A DNA stretch of 63,968 nucleotides, filler included, from Craspedostauros australis (lineage: Eukaryota), in NCBI GenBank assembly GCA_030167865.1. It is 11 parts of 11 records of this genome, joined end to end, with 100 filler letters (N's around TTAATTAATTAA, not from the genome) between each part and the next. Parts side by side here need not be neighbours in the genome. Positions count along the whole stretch, not along the records: positions 10,295 to 38,763 come from JALAGF010005096.1; 10 more parts are not named here. The stretch is one strand, 5' to 3'. This document shows positions 22,781-35,240 of this stretch, piece by piece (position 1 is the first letter of the stretch; each line of letters starts with the position of its first letter). A model generated the notes under the pieces. It was not told the DNA's origin. It made no database searches and saw only the letters and a program-made list of their open reading frames with translations. Position numbers and translations under genes: made by a program.

Positions 22781-25700
22781 CGTTGATCAATGTAAGATTA
22801 TGTGGAGTGGTGGAGTGGTGGAGTGTGTTGTGGGAGATGGCGGCGGTTGTTGGTTGCAGTGTTTGTGCTTTGCTGTGATGCTGAAATTATGAGCATTGCA
22901 GACGACTTGCACCCGGAATCTTTCCCAGCCCGCCTTTGTCCTGTCGTTTGCTTTCGTGGTGGGCCCGCTTCTTTGTCTGTCTGTTTGCGGCCATAACACA
23001 CCTCCAGTGCTTTCCGGCTGGTCTCTGTTCTCTGTCTCCGCTCGTTCCTCGTTCTCGTGCTCGCATGTGGCTGTGGTATTCCGTTGTCGCGCTGTTCTGT
23101 TCTCTGTGTTCGCGGTGGACGGCCAAGAGAGGAGCTTCACGCTGATCAATCTACCAACCAGGACAAACCGAGACAGCAAACATCAAAGAGCAGAACATCA
23201 AGGGAAGAGAAGCCGCCAGACTTCAACCATGTTTGCTGGTCCCCAAAGGAGCCGTTTCCTACTTGCCACCAAGGACGGGGCAAACGATCTTGGTATCTGC
23301 ACTCGTGCTGTCGAGCCGAAATGTGGGCGATACAATCCCCTGTTGTTGACACATCCACCATGTTCGCACATAAAGACGCGGCATGTTGACAACACAGGAT
23401 CGCAATCGTCATGATGAGTTCCGAAGCGTGTCATGATTTGCCGATCATTTCCCCAATGGCGTGTCTCCCAACCATTGTTCCCAACTATTGACATTTCCGG
23501 GGACGGGCAAGGAAGCATGTCGAGTTGTAGTTCCGCGCGATAGTTTTGTGAAGGTGACGACGCAGCGTTTGATATTTTTGACGCCACAAGAAAGGCGAAC
23601 ATGCCAAAGATTCCCATTGGTTCGCAAATCAGTTGCGAAAACGCGTGTTGCGCTCTCCCCAACTAATCTTGTCTGTGATTCAACACAAGACGCGCCTCGC
23701 ACCCACTATCCGATTTTGAGCAAAACCAAGACAAAACATCGCCGCCTCTGTGGCAATCGGACGCATTTGACATTCCTCCACGCACTTGCTTGATAGGACC
23801 AGGCAGCGCTGCACCAGATGTTCTACCCTATTGCCATAGTCAATGAGCGTCACGGGAGAAGCGTAAGTGTCTATCATTCCAAGACACCGATCTTCTGCTC
23901 GACGCGCAATCGTACAAGCAATGGATGTGCCATGGGTACACAACTGAGGCGGGTACTACTTGCAGACACGCACACTCTTGTTCTTGTCCGCTCGACCATG
24001 TTCTGATCGTGCGAAGAATCCCTCCCTGTTCTGCATGTACAGCAACTCTGTCTGTATTCTTGCGCGAGCAAAAAGGGGAGCGAAGTTGTACCAGCGCTGT
24101 TCCAGCAGAGTACTGCAAACACTGTCCAGAGAGAGAGAGTACTCGTGAAGCTCAGATCACATCAGCAACAAGGAGCAGAGTAGGACAAAATGCCACAGAG
24201 TGCGCGTACATGGAGCACCCCGCAGTAGGCCGTCATTGCGGTTGCGCTGTTCCGTGGTTGGGTGGAGTTAGGCAGGGTCGGATTTGGACGTGCTGCCACG
24301 TCTGTTGCGTCTCCAAAACCTCCCTGTGAAGAGCTTCGCACGTATTCCGTCGATACTCACAGTTGGGACAAATACATATGTCTGTCTCAATTTGTCAACA
24401 AGATGGAGAATGTTCAACCGACCACGTTGGGCGTTTCTGCTTCGGAATGGCGAATCTCTCCCTCCTGGGCTCGCCTTGGTTGTTGTGGCCCCACCATTCT
24501 CATGCGCAGCCACCCAACACTTGGATACGATTACACACTCGCGCGTTCAGAAGGATCGCGCCGCCACTGATCGGCCGCGACAACACAAGCGTCCCCCTGA
24601 CATGACAGTGGCGAGCAATCGAAGGCGCAACAGGCGAGATTCAGCTTGGACAAACCGCACCACGAGCGCACTCCCCGAGAACACAACACCACTCTGCGTG
24701 TATGGGAGACGTCAGAGTTGGCTGCAGCTGGCCAGTCCTCCTTTTCCGACATACCACCAGATAGATCAAGCGACCGCCCAAGAGGGCAGACAGGAGCGAC
24801 AAAAGTCAAGCAACAACTGTTTCCTCCGCCAACTTTTGCGAACAGAGGAGTCGACAAGAGGGAACGAAAGAATGGTTCTACGAGTACCATAGCTCGTATT
24901 CTGCCCTTTGGTGGACACTCTCTGGTGCAGTATGCGCGGTAGTCCAATCGCAAGGCCTCATCTTCCTTGCGGGTATGTTTGATTGGGTCCGCGGTACTTC
25001 AGTATAGTACTGCGCAGAGTACTCGTACGAGCCAGTCCTGTCTGAGGTGGAGGGATGAGGCCGAAGATACTTGCAACAACGGCATCATCCAACTCCTCAC
25101 GATCCAGTCCAACCCTCGCGGAACATGATCTCGGGCATCTGGCTGCACGGACCTGGAGGAGCCAACTGCTCTCACTGACATGGGTCATCCGTGAAGGATG
25201 GCGGAAATCGAACGCGCGTGTAGATCGTGCTCTTCCCAACAACTATGGGTTCCGGACAGTCAAGAGAGCGGCACGAACACAACCAGATTTCTCGGGACCG
25301 GAGAGAGCCTGCGGCCTCCGAAACGGGCGGAAAAGAGAATCGGGGAGGAGCCAACAACCCCTATCAGAAGAACCAGCCCAACCGCTTCGGTGGTGCCCGT
25401 TCTGTGATGGTCGGCGGTGGTGTGCGCGTACGAGCTGTGAGTACGACTCTGAATCCCTGCGACCAACACAGACAGGGAGAGAGATTGAGAGAGACCACGT
25501 CCTCTTGCGGAACTGTGCACAGCGCAGAGCCCAGCATGTACGACGATGATGCGAGTTTGCACGTCTGGTGGCGGTCTCGATGATGTTTGTGGAACGTTAC
25601 TTGTCGGATGTCAGGTATCAGCTGATACGACTACTATGATCTACGCGTGAGAATGAAGAAAAAATGATGCGGATGGATGGCAGCGGCGTCTTTCTCTTGT

Positions 25701-26682
25701 ATTGTATTCTGTCTCACACACTCCACGAGCAGTCGTACGCACCCATCAACTCCACTCTGACAATCCACACTCCTCCACAAGAGCAACATACCAGTGCATG
25801 GTTCGAATGAGCATGCAACGGGGAAAGAATGCTACAATACCAGATTCATGATCAACCAAGTCTCGTATCGGCAACGGATGGACACGACAAATCAACAGGG
25901 GTGGGTGATCGTGGTCGCTCTTCTGCAGCTTCTGATCGGGCTGAAGTGCACTTGCTCGTGCGAGCCACAGCAGTGGCGCGGCAGACAAAAGAAGAGATGG
26001 ACAACGTCTCAAGATTCGCAGAATGGCATCCGCGACGTTCGGCAACATCGAGGCCGTGGCACTCGCTCTATCATGCTAGCATCAGCCACATGAGAAACGC
26101 CCGATCGTGAGGAGAGTATTGCAGAGGCTCTTCCGTCCACGCGGATGGCTTCATGCATCCCAACCTCAGCACAAACTTCGGTGAAGCAACGAGACGATGC
26201 CCAGCACCACCCAAAGCTCCGGTGGTGATTGGTGCTTGCATGTTCTGTAAGATCCAGCACACTGGTCGCGTCCCATACACCATCGCACGGCCACGCTTGC
26301 CCTATTCGTATCGTCAGGACGAATGCTTCCGAGTCTGTTTGAGTTTGTTGTTGCTGACTCAAATACAGACACCAGCGCCAAGGCCAACGCTGAAACGCAT
26401 GCACACATTCGCGCACGACGTTCGGCAATCTCGGCACTGCCAAAACATGTGACCCACGTCCAACCAACTGCTTCAGCAACTCTGCAATCGAAATTGTATG
26501 AGTGCGCAGGACATGATCGGGTGGTTTCGTTTGTCGTTCGCAGCACTGCATTGATAAGAGCGTGGTACCAGAGGTCACCAACACGAGCGCGTGGCCATTC
26601 ACGCTTCCGTTCATTTTCAAGCGACACGGTTCGGAATGGGCAAAATGTCAGCAGCACGCTTGCCATGAGTTTCGCCAAAACG

Positions 26683-26756
26683 TACTCGCGGTGGGGATCG
26701 AACCCACGACCTTGGGTTTATTAGACCCACGCTCTAACCAGCTGAGCTACGCAAGC
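26683..26756 (-). tRNA. tRNA-Ile (anticodon AAT)
   Basis: Reverse complement GCTTGCGTAGCTCAGCTGGTTAGAGCG-TGGGT-CTAATAA-ACCCA-AGGTC-GTGGG-TTCGATC-CCCAC-CGCGAGTA folds to a full cloverleaf. Confidence 0.96.
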
Positions 26757-27388
26757 CCTCGGTGATGTTGGCAGACAAATTAACTTTCAAATTATTCACA
26801 AGTTTCTAACTACGCCCGTGATTGGATGAAGTTTGCGCCTCCCCATGTGGCAAAATGGATGATCGATGCGAGATCCAAGTCCATGATACATGCAGGACCA
26901 CCACGACGATCCTGTTCGTATGGTACAACACATCGGATACGAGCATTGTCAGCATCTCATCGGCAGCTCCTACGAGACCTCGCCAAGGCATACGACAGCT
27001 GGAGCGGAGCATTCTAGAGGAGAGAGTACTCTCCGGTCGTCCATAGCACCATACAATACAAATGATCAATTCTAATTCACGCTTTAGCACGTCATATCAT
27101 ATCATGCCACGCTTTGTTGGAGAGCTGACGAGAACGAGGGAGAAGTATGTGTGATCTCATCCATCTGCGATGTTCCCACAAAGCAGTCTCATCACAGCTG
27201 CAGACTCCCGGAGCGATTTTTGGACCACGCCCGCACGAGTACGCCGTTTGCGCGGAAATTGTTTCGTCTCATTCTGATTGTTCACTCTCTTCTAAATCAA
27301 ACATCAATCTACACGAAGTACCGCGCCTCACTGCGCGCGCCCCCTGCTTATTTCTCGCCCAAGCTCGCAGCAGAGGGCAAGGTCAGGT

Positions 27389-28644
27389 CTACTTGTGCGG
27401 ACCGTATCCAATGAGAGCCTCAGCGTCCCAGTCGAGGTTGTCTCTGATGTATTCCGCCATCTCCTTTTGCACGCGTCTGGACTCCCGCTGCTGAGGAGGG
27501 TAGGGATCGCACTTCGGTTTGATGCCGGTCCATTCTGCCACCTGGTCGATCATTTCCTTGGTCCCCTTGGCCAGAAGGTACTCGTACTGCATGACCCACA
27601 TGTCCGCGACGCCCGGATAGTCTACGACGGTGAGGAAGTTGCGGATCTTGTCAGCGCGCATTTCCATGATATTTTTGTAGGGTTTGCCGGAGCCATCGTT
27701 GCGCATCTCGTAAAAGGGTTGGTGGCTGGAATACGGGATGCTCCCTTTGTAAGCCTCATGCGGCAAAGGCTCCGTGGCGCAGGAAATGATGTCCTTGTAA
27801 GCAAAATGTTCCTGGCATGGTTCCGTGAGGTTGTCCCAGCGGTCGGTTCCGATCCGTTCCATGGTCATCGGCTCATTGAGGAAGCCATGCCAGTGCTCAT
27901 CCCTTCTGTGCTTGAGATGGCTGGGCATGTGGTGTGGGACGTGCTGCATGGCCTTGAACCAATCGTAGGGATTTCGGAATTGGGCGACAACGAGAGTGTC
28001 GTGCGGATATCTGTTGTAGTCAGTATACTGGAACCAATGTTTATATCTGGTGAACGTCGTGGTGACCTGGTGATGTTGCAGGAGTCAATGTTAAGGTGGA
28101 AGCAACCGATTGTGATTGCGATTGTGATTGGACGCAGTGACGGAACGAGATATGGAAGAAGATGAAGATATGCACAATGACAAGAACAGGCACATCGATT
28201 GCGTGAGTGAGTTAGTAGGTGCGTGAGTAGGTGAGTAGGTGAGTAAGCGAGTGAAGTCAAGAAGCCATGATAGGGATGTACGGCATGATCGTTGATACAC
28301 AAAGGGACATGTATAAATATAGAGTAGTGCAAACATACCTTGATCTCATGACCAAAGCACTTGTTGAGATGGCTGTTGGTCCATCTGGTGCCCGAGTTGC
28401 GCTCTCCGATGATGGAGATCTGCTTGATCTTTCCGCTGTAGTGCCTGGCACCCTTGGCGCCCTTGACTCCCTTGGCACCCTTGACCTGGTTGCGATCCAC
28501 GGCCTGCGTGGTCGCCTTTTCCAGTCCAGACTGTTCCCATTGCGAGATGAAGACAAGTCCGAGCAGGAAGATGCCCAGGAAGAAGGTTGATTTGTTGTAG
28601 GAGCCGGAGGATGCGCCGTTTGACGGCGATGCTGCTATCACCAT
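27389..28644 (-). CDS. Type II membrane sulfotransferase-like protein; 2 exons, intron 28067-28338
   Basis: N-terminal TM helix; PAPS-binding-like loop IIGERNSGTRW; splicing GTATGT...CAG joins HEIK to VTTTFTRYKHWFQ; downstream FRNPYDW and QYEYL motifs. Confidence 0.75.
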
Positions 28645-30131
28645 GGTGGCTTTCGTTTCTTCTTTTATTCTTCTTCTTGGTGGTGGTGGTGGTGGTGGTA
28701 ATGGTCTTGTGATCTCCTTGGGGGGATCTCTTGTTTGCGCTGTGTTTCTGCTTGTATTTCTTGCTTGTATTTGTAGGGAGTTGGGTTTGTTTGTGTTGAT
28801 TGGAATGCAATCCTTCGCTCTGGCTTGTCTCTCTCTTGTGATCTCACCGCGATCTTGCTATGCTGCTGATGTGCCATACGCGTGCTATACCAACAATGCC
28901 AACACGATATCTACACGATATCAACACGATGCCAGAGCACGAGTACTCGTACGACTTTGCATGGGTGCTCCCACTAATCCAAACGTCCGCCGCAACATGG
29001 AAGATGGGATTCCCCACATCGAAGCGCGCCGCGCAGCATTGCTCCCACCACGCAGAATGGATGTCGTGCTGCGCATTGTCCAAAACAGAAACACGGCAGT
29101 GGCAATAGCAACAACCACACCACGACACAACACGACACACGGCACAACGGTGGGTTGTTTTCGTTTTTGTTGCGTTGCTTTCCGGCACGCTCTCACGGAG
29201 TCGTGTGCATCAAGCCTGCCGACAGTGCGCGAAGAGACATCGCATGTGACATGGACCTGTCACAACCATTGGCGAGCAACGCGCACTTCCGACTCGTGGA
29301 GGGAGACGAAAGTCGTCCAGACGAATCGATTTCGGGACATCAACGAGTCAATCAGTCACGTCATCGACGGACAGAAACAGACCCATTCCTATCAACCTCA
29401 TAGAGTCCAACTGGTCAGTTTCAATCATGGGCTTCCAGTTTTCACGATCTGACAATTAATCTTAGAGTTTGGCCGCTGGTGCGTCATCACTTATGGTCAA
29501 TCAACGCGTGGAAAAAGGTTGGGCCGTTGCGATGATGTGGTCATCATGATCTATTTCATCCTTCTGCCTTGCAATTCGGGAACAACGCGCCCAATCTCAC
29601 ACCTTCGTCTTGTTGTGACACAACTGCTCGTGGGGTTCAATACCAACATCGTGTCAAGGCCGCGCTCGTGTTTGAAACACGGTTCTGTGGGCTTCTTCGC
29701 TCTCGTTTTCTTTGTGCGTTATTTGGGTTTTTGGCAAGCACCAACGATCACAGCGTCGCACGCGTACTGACTTGGTCGTAGCGCCGTACGAGTATTGGCG
29801 CAAGGGTGCAAAAGGAGCGCTTCAGCTGACATCGCCTCTGTTTCCTGTTGGTGCCGTTTCTCCGTCTTTCTTGCCTTTCTTGCCTGTGTTGGTTGTGCCA
29901 CCCGTTTGTTTTCATTCATCCCGTTGGCATCAGGAGCATACTTGTGCCTGCTTCCTTGACTTCACAACAACCACTCCGATTGCGGCACCATCACAATCAT
30001 CACAATCATCGCGACCCTGACTTCATCACCACCCATCTCATCCTTGAAGACATACTCCAAGACACACTCCAAGACATACTCCTAGAGTACTTGTACGCTC
30101 AGACAACAAGCAACGCAGCAAGGAAGCAACA

Positions 30132-31685
30132 ATGAGAAGGAACGCGACGATGACACAGTGGCATGGCTTGATGCTGCTGGCACTTGCGACGACGGCCTCC
30201 GTCTGCCTGGCGGATGCCGAGCCATCGCATCAGTTCAACAGACAACTCAACAGGAAGCTCAACAGACAACTCAACGAGCAGCTTGATGGACAGCTCGACG
30301 AGCAGGAGCTCGAGCACAACCTGAGCCACCGAGCCACGAAGGTCGGTCTCCCAAACCGAAGACCCAACGCCCACAACCTCCACAGCACCGTGATGCACGC
30401 GATGCATGACAGCTGCTGGAGCGGAATGGGGCACCCCGTGCGCGGCAGGAAGACCTCCAAGATCGTCTCCACTCGAAATTGCGAGGGCGGAGGCACAGAA
30501 TCCGACGTCCTCGTCACCTACACGCATCGCAATCAGAGGGAGCTGGGAATGGTGCAGGTCGCCTGCGACGGCAGCTCCATCGATCACGTGGTCTGCGGCG
30601 CCTCCTGCCAGACCGACGACGACTGCGCCACCGGCACGTGCTACATGTCCCCCATCGTGGGATACAAGGTCTGCGGCTCCTTCGCTGCTGCTGGAGACGC
30701 CTGCGACCCACCGGGCACCACCGTAGCGGCCGGAGAGATGCCCAACAAGTGCGAGCCCACCTCCGTCTGCGTCAGCGCCGCGCCTTCCACCACCAGCCCA
30801 GCAGGCTCGGACGGCTCCGGCAACGAGGGCCACGACCTTGGCGTCGATCCTGTGGACAACGGCGACAACCTCGATGTCACCACCAACGGATCCGGCCATG
30901 ACCCAATCGACCTTGGTGGAAGCGGCGAAGGCACCGGTGGCGACAATGACGGGACCCCAGACGTCTACGATCTGCCGCAGGACGTCATCGATGCCTACAA
31001 CTCAGTCAACGTCAACACCGGCAACAACGCCAATGGCAACGTCCGCCGTCGCCACCTTGCCCAACGTCCGCAACAACGGCGCCAAGCACGCGCTCTCACC
31101 CAGTCCTCTTCAACTGCGGCCACCTGCCGCGAGATCTGCGACGACGATTCGTGCGGCGAAGGCATGTGGTGCCGCATCACTTCCGTTGCCAAGCCTTCCT
31201 CCCTCGCACAGCAGCTGGATCCAACGGCCCCGCCTCCGGCTGACTACAGCGCCTGCGCACCTTACGCTGCCATCGGAGATGTCTGCGAGGCGTTCACTAC
31301 ACCAGAGTTCTACGAGGTGTGCGACCCCGACAAGGCCGCCTGTGTCAAGGAGAACAGGGCCATTGCGGACGGTGGCGGCAAGTGCCGACAGAAGTGCACC
31401 ACATCAAACACCTGCCCGTCTGGGGAGATGTGCGGAGATGATGGCATCTGCCTCAGCACCTGCAACACCGACGCCGACTGCACGCTCTACCAGGGACCAA
31501 ACGGTTCGGCCTCCACTCCTTCCGATGTCTACTGGTGCCGCAGCAATGAGATCGACACAACGGGCCTCTGCACGCCCAAGGCCGGCTCTAACGAACCATG
31601 CACCGACAACATACCCTCCACCACGCCATGGAAGGACAACAAGTGCGCCAACCACCTCGCTTGCACCAACGGTGTCTGTGCGTAG
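30132..31685 (+). CDS. Secreted cysteine-rich repeat protein with RxL motifs
   Basis: Signal peptide (LMLLALATTASVCLA); NRQL-NRKL-NRQL and RRHL/RAL motifs; repeated Cys modules such as CQTDDDC and CNTDADC; GC3-rich coding pattern. Confidence 0.8.
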   Translation: MRRNATMTQWHGLMLLALATTASVCLADAEPSHQFNRQLNRKLNRQLNEQLDGQLDEQELEHNLSHRATKVGLPNRRPNAHNLHSTVMHAMHDSCWSGMGHPVRGRKTSKIVSTRNCEGGGTESDVLVTYTHRNQRELGMVQVACDGSSIDHVVCGASCQTDDDCATGTCYMSPIVGYKVCGSFAAAGDACDPPGTTVAAGEMPNKCEPTSVCVSAAPSTTSPAGSDGSGNEGHDLGVDPVDNGDNLDVTTNGSGHDPIDLGGSGEGTGGDNDGTPDVYDLPQDVIDAYNSVNVNTGNNANGNVRRRHLAQRPQQRRQARALTQSSSTAATCREICDDDSCGEGMWCRITSVAKPSSLAQQLDPTAPPPADYSACAPYAAIGDVCEAFTTPEFYEVCDPDKAACVKENRAIADGGGKCRQKCTTSNTCPSGEMCGDDGICLSTCNTDADCTLYQGPNGSASTPSDVYWCRSNEIDTTGLCTPKAGSNEPCTDNIPSTTPWKDNKCANHLACTNGVCA

Positions 31686-32081
31686 AGCAGGCAACAACCG
31701 TTCAGATCAATCAACGAACAACCGCCAGGGAGGCGGCCGACACTTGATTGCCTCGTGACCACCCTGGCTAATGTATAGTTCCCACACACCACACACTACT
31801 CTAGTATAGTGATCCACAGTAGAATCCTCTGCCATTCAATGTTGCCGTCATGCGCTGCACTCCGACCGAGTGCAGGCTGTCCCGTCCAATAACATGATAT
31901 TATACATCAGCGCTGTAATGTGAGAGCAGCAGCAGCAGCCATCGTCCATGTTCCCTCAGGCACTCGCCAGGAGCATGCATCATACGTTCTCCTGCTTGCA
32001 CGGCTACAATTACGAGTACGGCAGGACACTCAGGCGGAGTGGGCTGTTCAGCAAAATCGTTTCCTACTCATTGAATTCTCT

Positions 32082-33413
32082 CTACGCATCATCTCTATCA
32101 TGCCCATCATCCTCACCGGTACTGTCGTCCTTGCCACCATCGCTACTGCTACTGCTGCTCCCGCTTTTGCCAGTGTCAGTGCAAGCGCCAGTACCAACGA
32201 CATCGCCTTGCGGAATGGTAGAAGCATAGTTGCTGCTCATCTGATCGGCGGTGGTCATCTCCATGGTCTTGCTCGCCATCTCTTCGTCCCCCTCCTTGCT
32301 GTCACCGCTCTCCTCGTCATCACCCTCCTCGCGCCTCTTGCGGCATCTCAGCGACAGCGAGTACAGGATCTTGGCACCGTACACCTGCGACCAGTACATG
32401 ACAATCGCCAGCGGGATGAACAGGATGTACCAAAACCATCGCAGGAAGCTGCTCACGCTGTCCAGATCGTGATACACGTACGCGGCGAGGATGAAGTACG
32501 GGATGATGAACGCCGTGATGATCGTCTTCACCACGAACGCTTGCACGGCGGCGTAGTAGAACAGCTGCTCGTGCCAACTCCTCAAAATGTTCAAGCGGAA
32601 GCAGAACAGCGCCACGAAGCTGTCATGCAAGCAAGTATTATATGTGTGTATGTACAAGTGAGATGCGAGGAGATTGAGATTGGTGAGACGGTGTTGTAGA
32701 GTACAATATAATATGTATATGTGATTCATGGCACAACGAAACCTGAGGCACGTCGTAGCATACCGCACGATGGTAGAGCAGTATCGACATGGTTACAGTA
32801 TCATCAACATGGCAGGGGCACGGAAAGTGTAGAGCATGCTGTGCATGCACATGCAGCATAACGATCGCAGAACTTGGGCGTACTCTTACCTCAGATGCTC
32901 TGTGACGGCGTAAAATCCCATGGCCATGCCAATCCGTTGGAAGGTGAGGTTGTCGGGATAGAACGTGGCGAACATGGCCTGGAAGAAGACGAGCGTCATG
33001 ACGTGATGCACCAGCAGCGGAAGCCCGATCTGATCTCGGTACACCAACTCCCACAGGTACAGCGCGGCGGCGATGTGCAAGGCCATGACGACGAACTCCA
33101 ACTCCTCGTGGTTGGTCTCATCCTCGAACAGGAAGAGGATCCTGTACGAACCTTCGAAGAGGAAGACGAAACCAACTGCCGTGAGCAGCCCTTGCATGAC
33201 ATAGGTGACGGTGTTCTTCTGTTTCTCGCGGGTGAGGTTGCTGTAAGTGTGCCCTAGATTCTGGAACTTGATCTTCGGCAGCGCCATCTCGATCATCTGG
33301 GCAAAGATGTGGATGGCGAGGAAGAAGTTGATTGTGAACCATCCGTACTGGAACGGGTTCTTGTAGTCGTAGAGCGCATATCTGGGCACCGTGACGAGGT
33401 CGTTATCGGCCAT
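32082..33413 (-). CDS. Polytopic membrane protein, TLC-domain-like; 2 exons, intron 32620-32889
   Basis: Several TM helices with YLWELVYR...LLVHHV; GTAAGA...CAG splice joins TEHL to SFVALFCFR in frame; acidic tail. Confidence 0.7.
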
Positions 33414-35240
33414 GGTTGGTCGTTGATTAACGTGGACTGACTCGAATTTGTATGGTATTATATGTTATGGTGTGGTGTGGTATGGTGCCCGCAGGAGGCC
33501 AAGATGGGGAACGCTGTTGTGTGTTGCTTGACGTCGCACTGTGTTGCTGTGTTGTGTCAGGATATGTCGGGACGTGCGAAGCAAGCAGAGTACGGCAGAG
33601 TAGATTGCTCCCTATTCTGCTTGTGTGTGCTCTTGTGGGTTCTGGTGTATTGTATTTTATGAAATATGCGGTCAGATTGTGGTGCTGTGTGCTGTCTGCT
33701 GTCTTCCCTTTCTGCGGCGAGCAGAATTTGTGAGAGCGCCATGTTCAACCAACGCGCTCTCGTTGCAGTATCGCTCGTTTCTCCTTCGTGATGCTGTGTT
33801 GCCCGTGCCCACCATCGCAAAGGGAGAGGGAGAGACCATCGCCGCTGTGGGCACAGTTACCAACGTCAGAGCCCGAACGTTGGTACAGGCACTGATACAT
33901 AGAACACATCCAGACATGTGATGTACGTATAGTCGTACGAAGCAAAGCAGGAACAAAGCGCTCTTCGCACTGTTGCGAAGTTCCTGACGGCGTTGTGCCG
34001 CCTTCCCAATCGGAACAAATGTCGTTCACCAAGTTCGCACAAGAAAACAAAGCACGAGCGCGCAGGCTCAGGAACGTGACGTGATTATGGGCACGAAGCG
34101 GTGTGACTTCCCCACTCTGGTGGCGGGAGAATTACCTACGATTACTCTCATAATTCCCGAGTATGGGACGAGAGTGCACGCCGCCGACCCCATTGTTGCT
34201 ATCAGTGGCACGTTAAGTAATGGAGGTGGCGACGCGTGTCGCACCAGTCGCATCGTTTGTCTGCGCTTCTCACAAAACACACTCAAGATGCATGACCGAT
34301 AGTGAAGAGACACCTTTTCGGGATCGGTATCGTTGCCGTCAGCAACCACCTCAGAGGCCTTCTCTCGTACGGACCTGTTGGCCGTGAATGGGGAAGAAAT
34401 CGGTGCTCATGCAACACAAAAGTAGTCTCCGACCAGCGTGGGCCTTGTGTCGTCCAGATCCGCCCACGCAGTCATCCATCGTTGAGATGTTTGATGGCAA
34501 CGATCCTCGTGCACCACCGGTACGAACTAGGGAGGGAGGAGAAGCAAGCACAGCATACCAGAGTACACACACGTACATGTACTGGAGTTGTGAAGCGTGC
34601 AGTGGCATCAGCCATCCAATAGCAACAGCAACAGACAAAGCAGTAACGATACCGATACCGATAACGATGGCGGTGGAGTTAGTCAGAGCAGGCGCACTCG
34701 GATTTGCGGCAACAAGACCAAAACCAATAACAGAAGCAGAAGCAGAAGCAAAAATATTTGACAAATAGTCGCGCTGCTTTTGGGCCATCTCTCGGCCTGA
34801 CCTCTGCCCGTGTATAGGATGAAGTCTGTTTCACGAGTGTGAGTCATGTAGGAATGAAGTCAGAAGAGTCGTTGATGCGACACGGGATTGATCGATTCGT
34901 GCGCACAGTGCGCACCTCGCAGCATGTCTCACAAGACAAAAGGCACACACAAGAGAAGATCCGGTGTGGCATCTTTGGCGGCAACCGCAACAACGCGATG
35001 CAACACGAAACAAAGAAATCAGAACCTGCATCCGTGGCATTCGTCACAAGAGAGCACCCACAGCTCGCACCCACAACAGTCAACAGACAACAGTCAACAC
35101 CTGCGAAAACAGAAAGGCGTCATCAATCCACCAAGATAGGGCCACCATAAACCAAGGACGAAGGAACCCTCACAAGGACGCAACCACAACAACACGGCAA
35201 ACGAAAAGGAGCAAGCGAGAAGCAACAAGCAACAAGCAAG

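Noticed and set aside
22800..26650. Numerous 60-200 aa ORFs between the HA gene and tRNA-Ile (likewise 1-1860 and 33450-35200)
   Set aside because: No recognisable motifs or coding-like composition; treated as intergenic, although degraded genes cannot be excluded.
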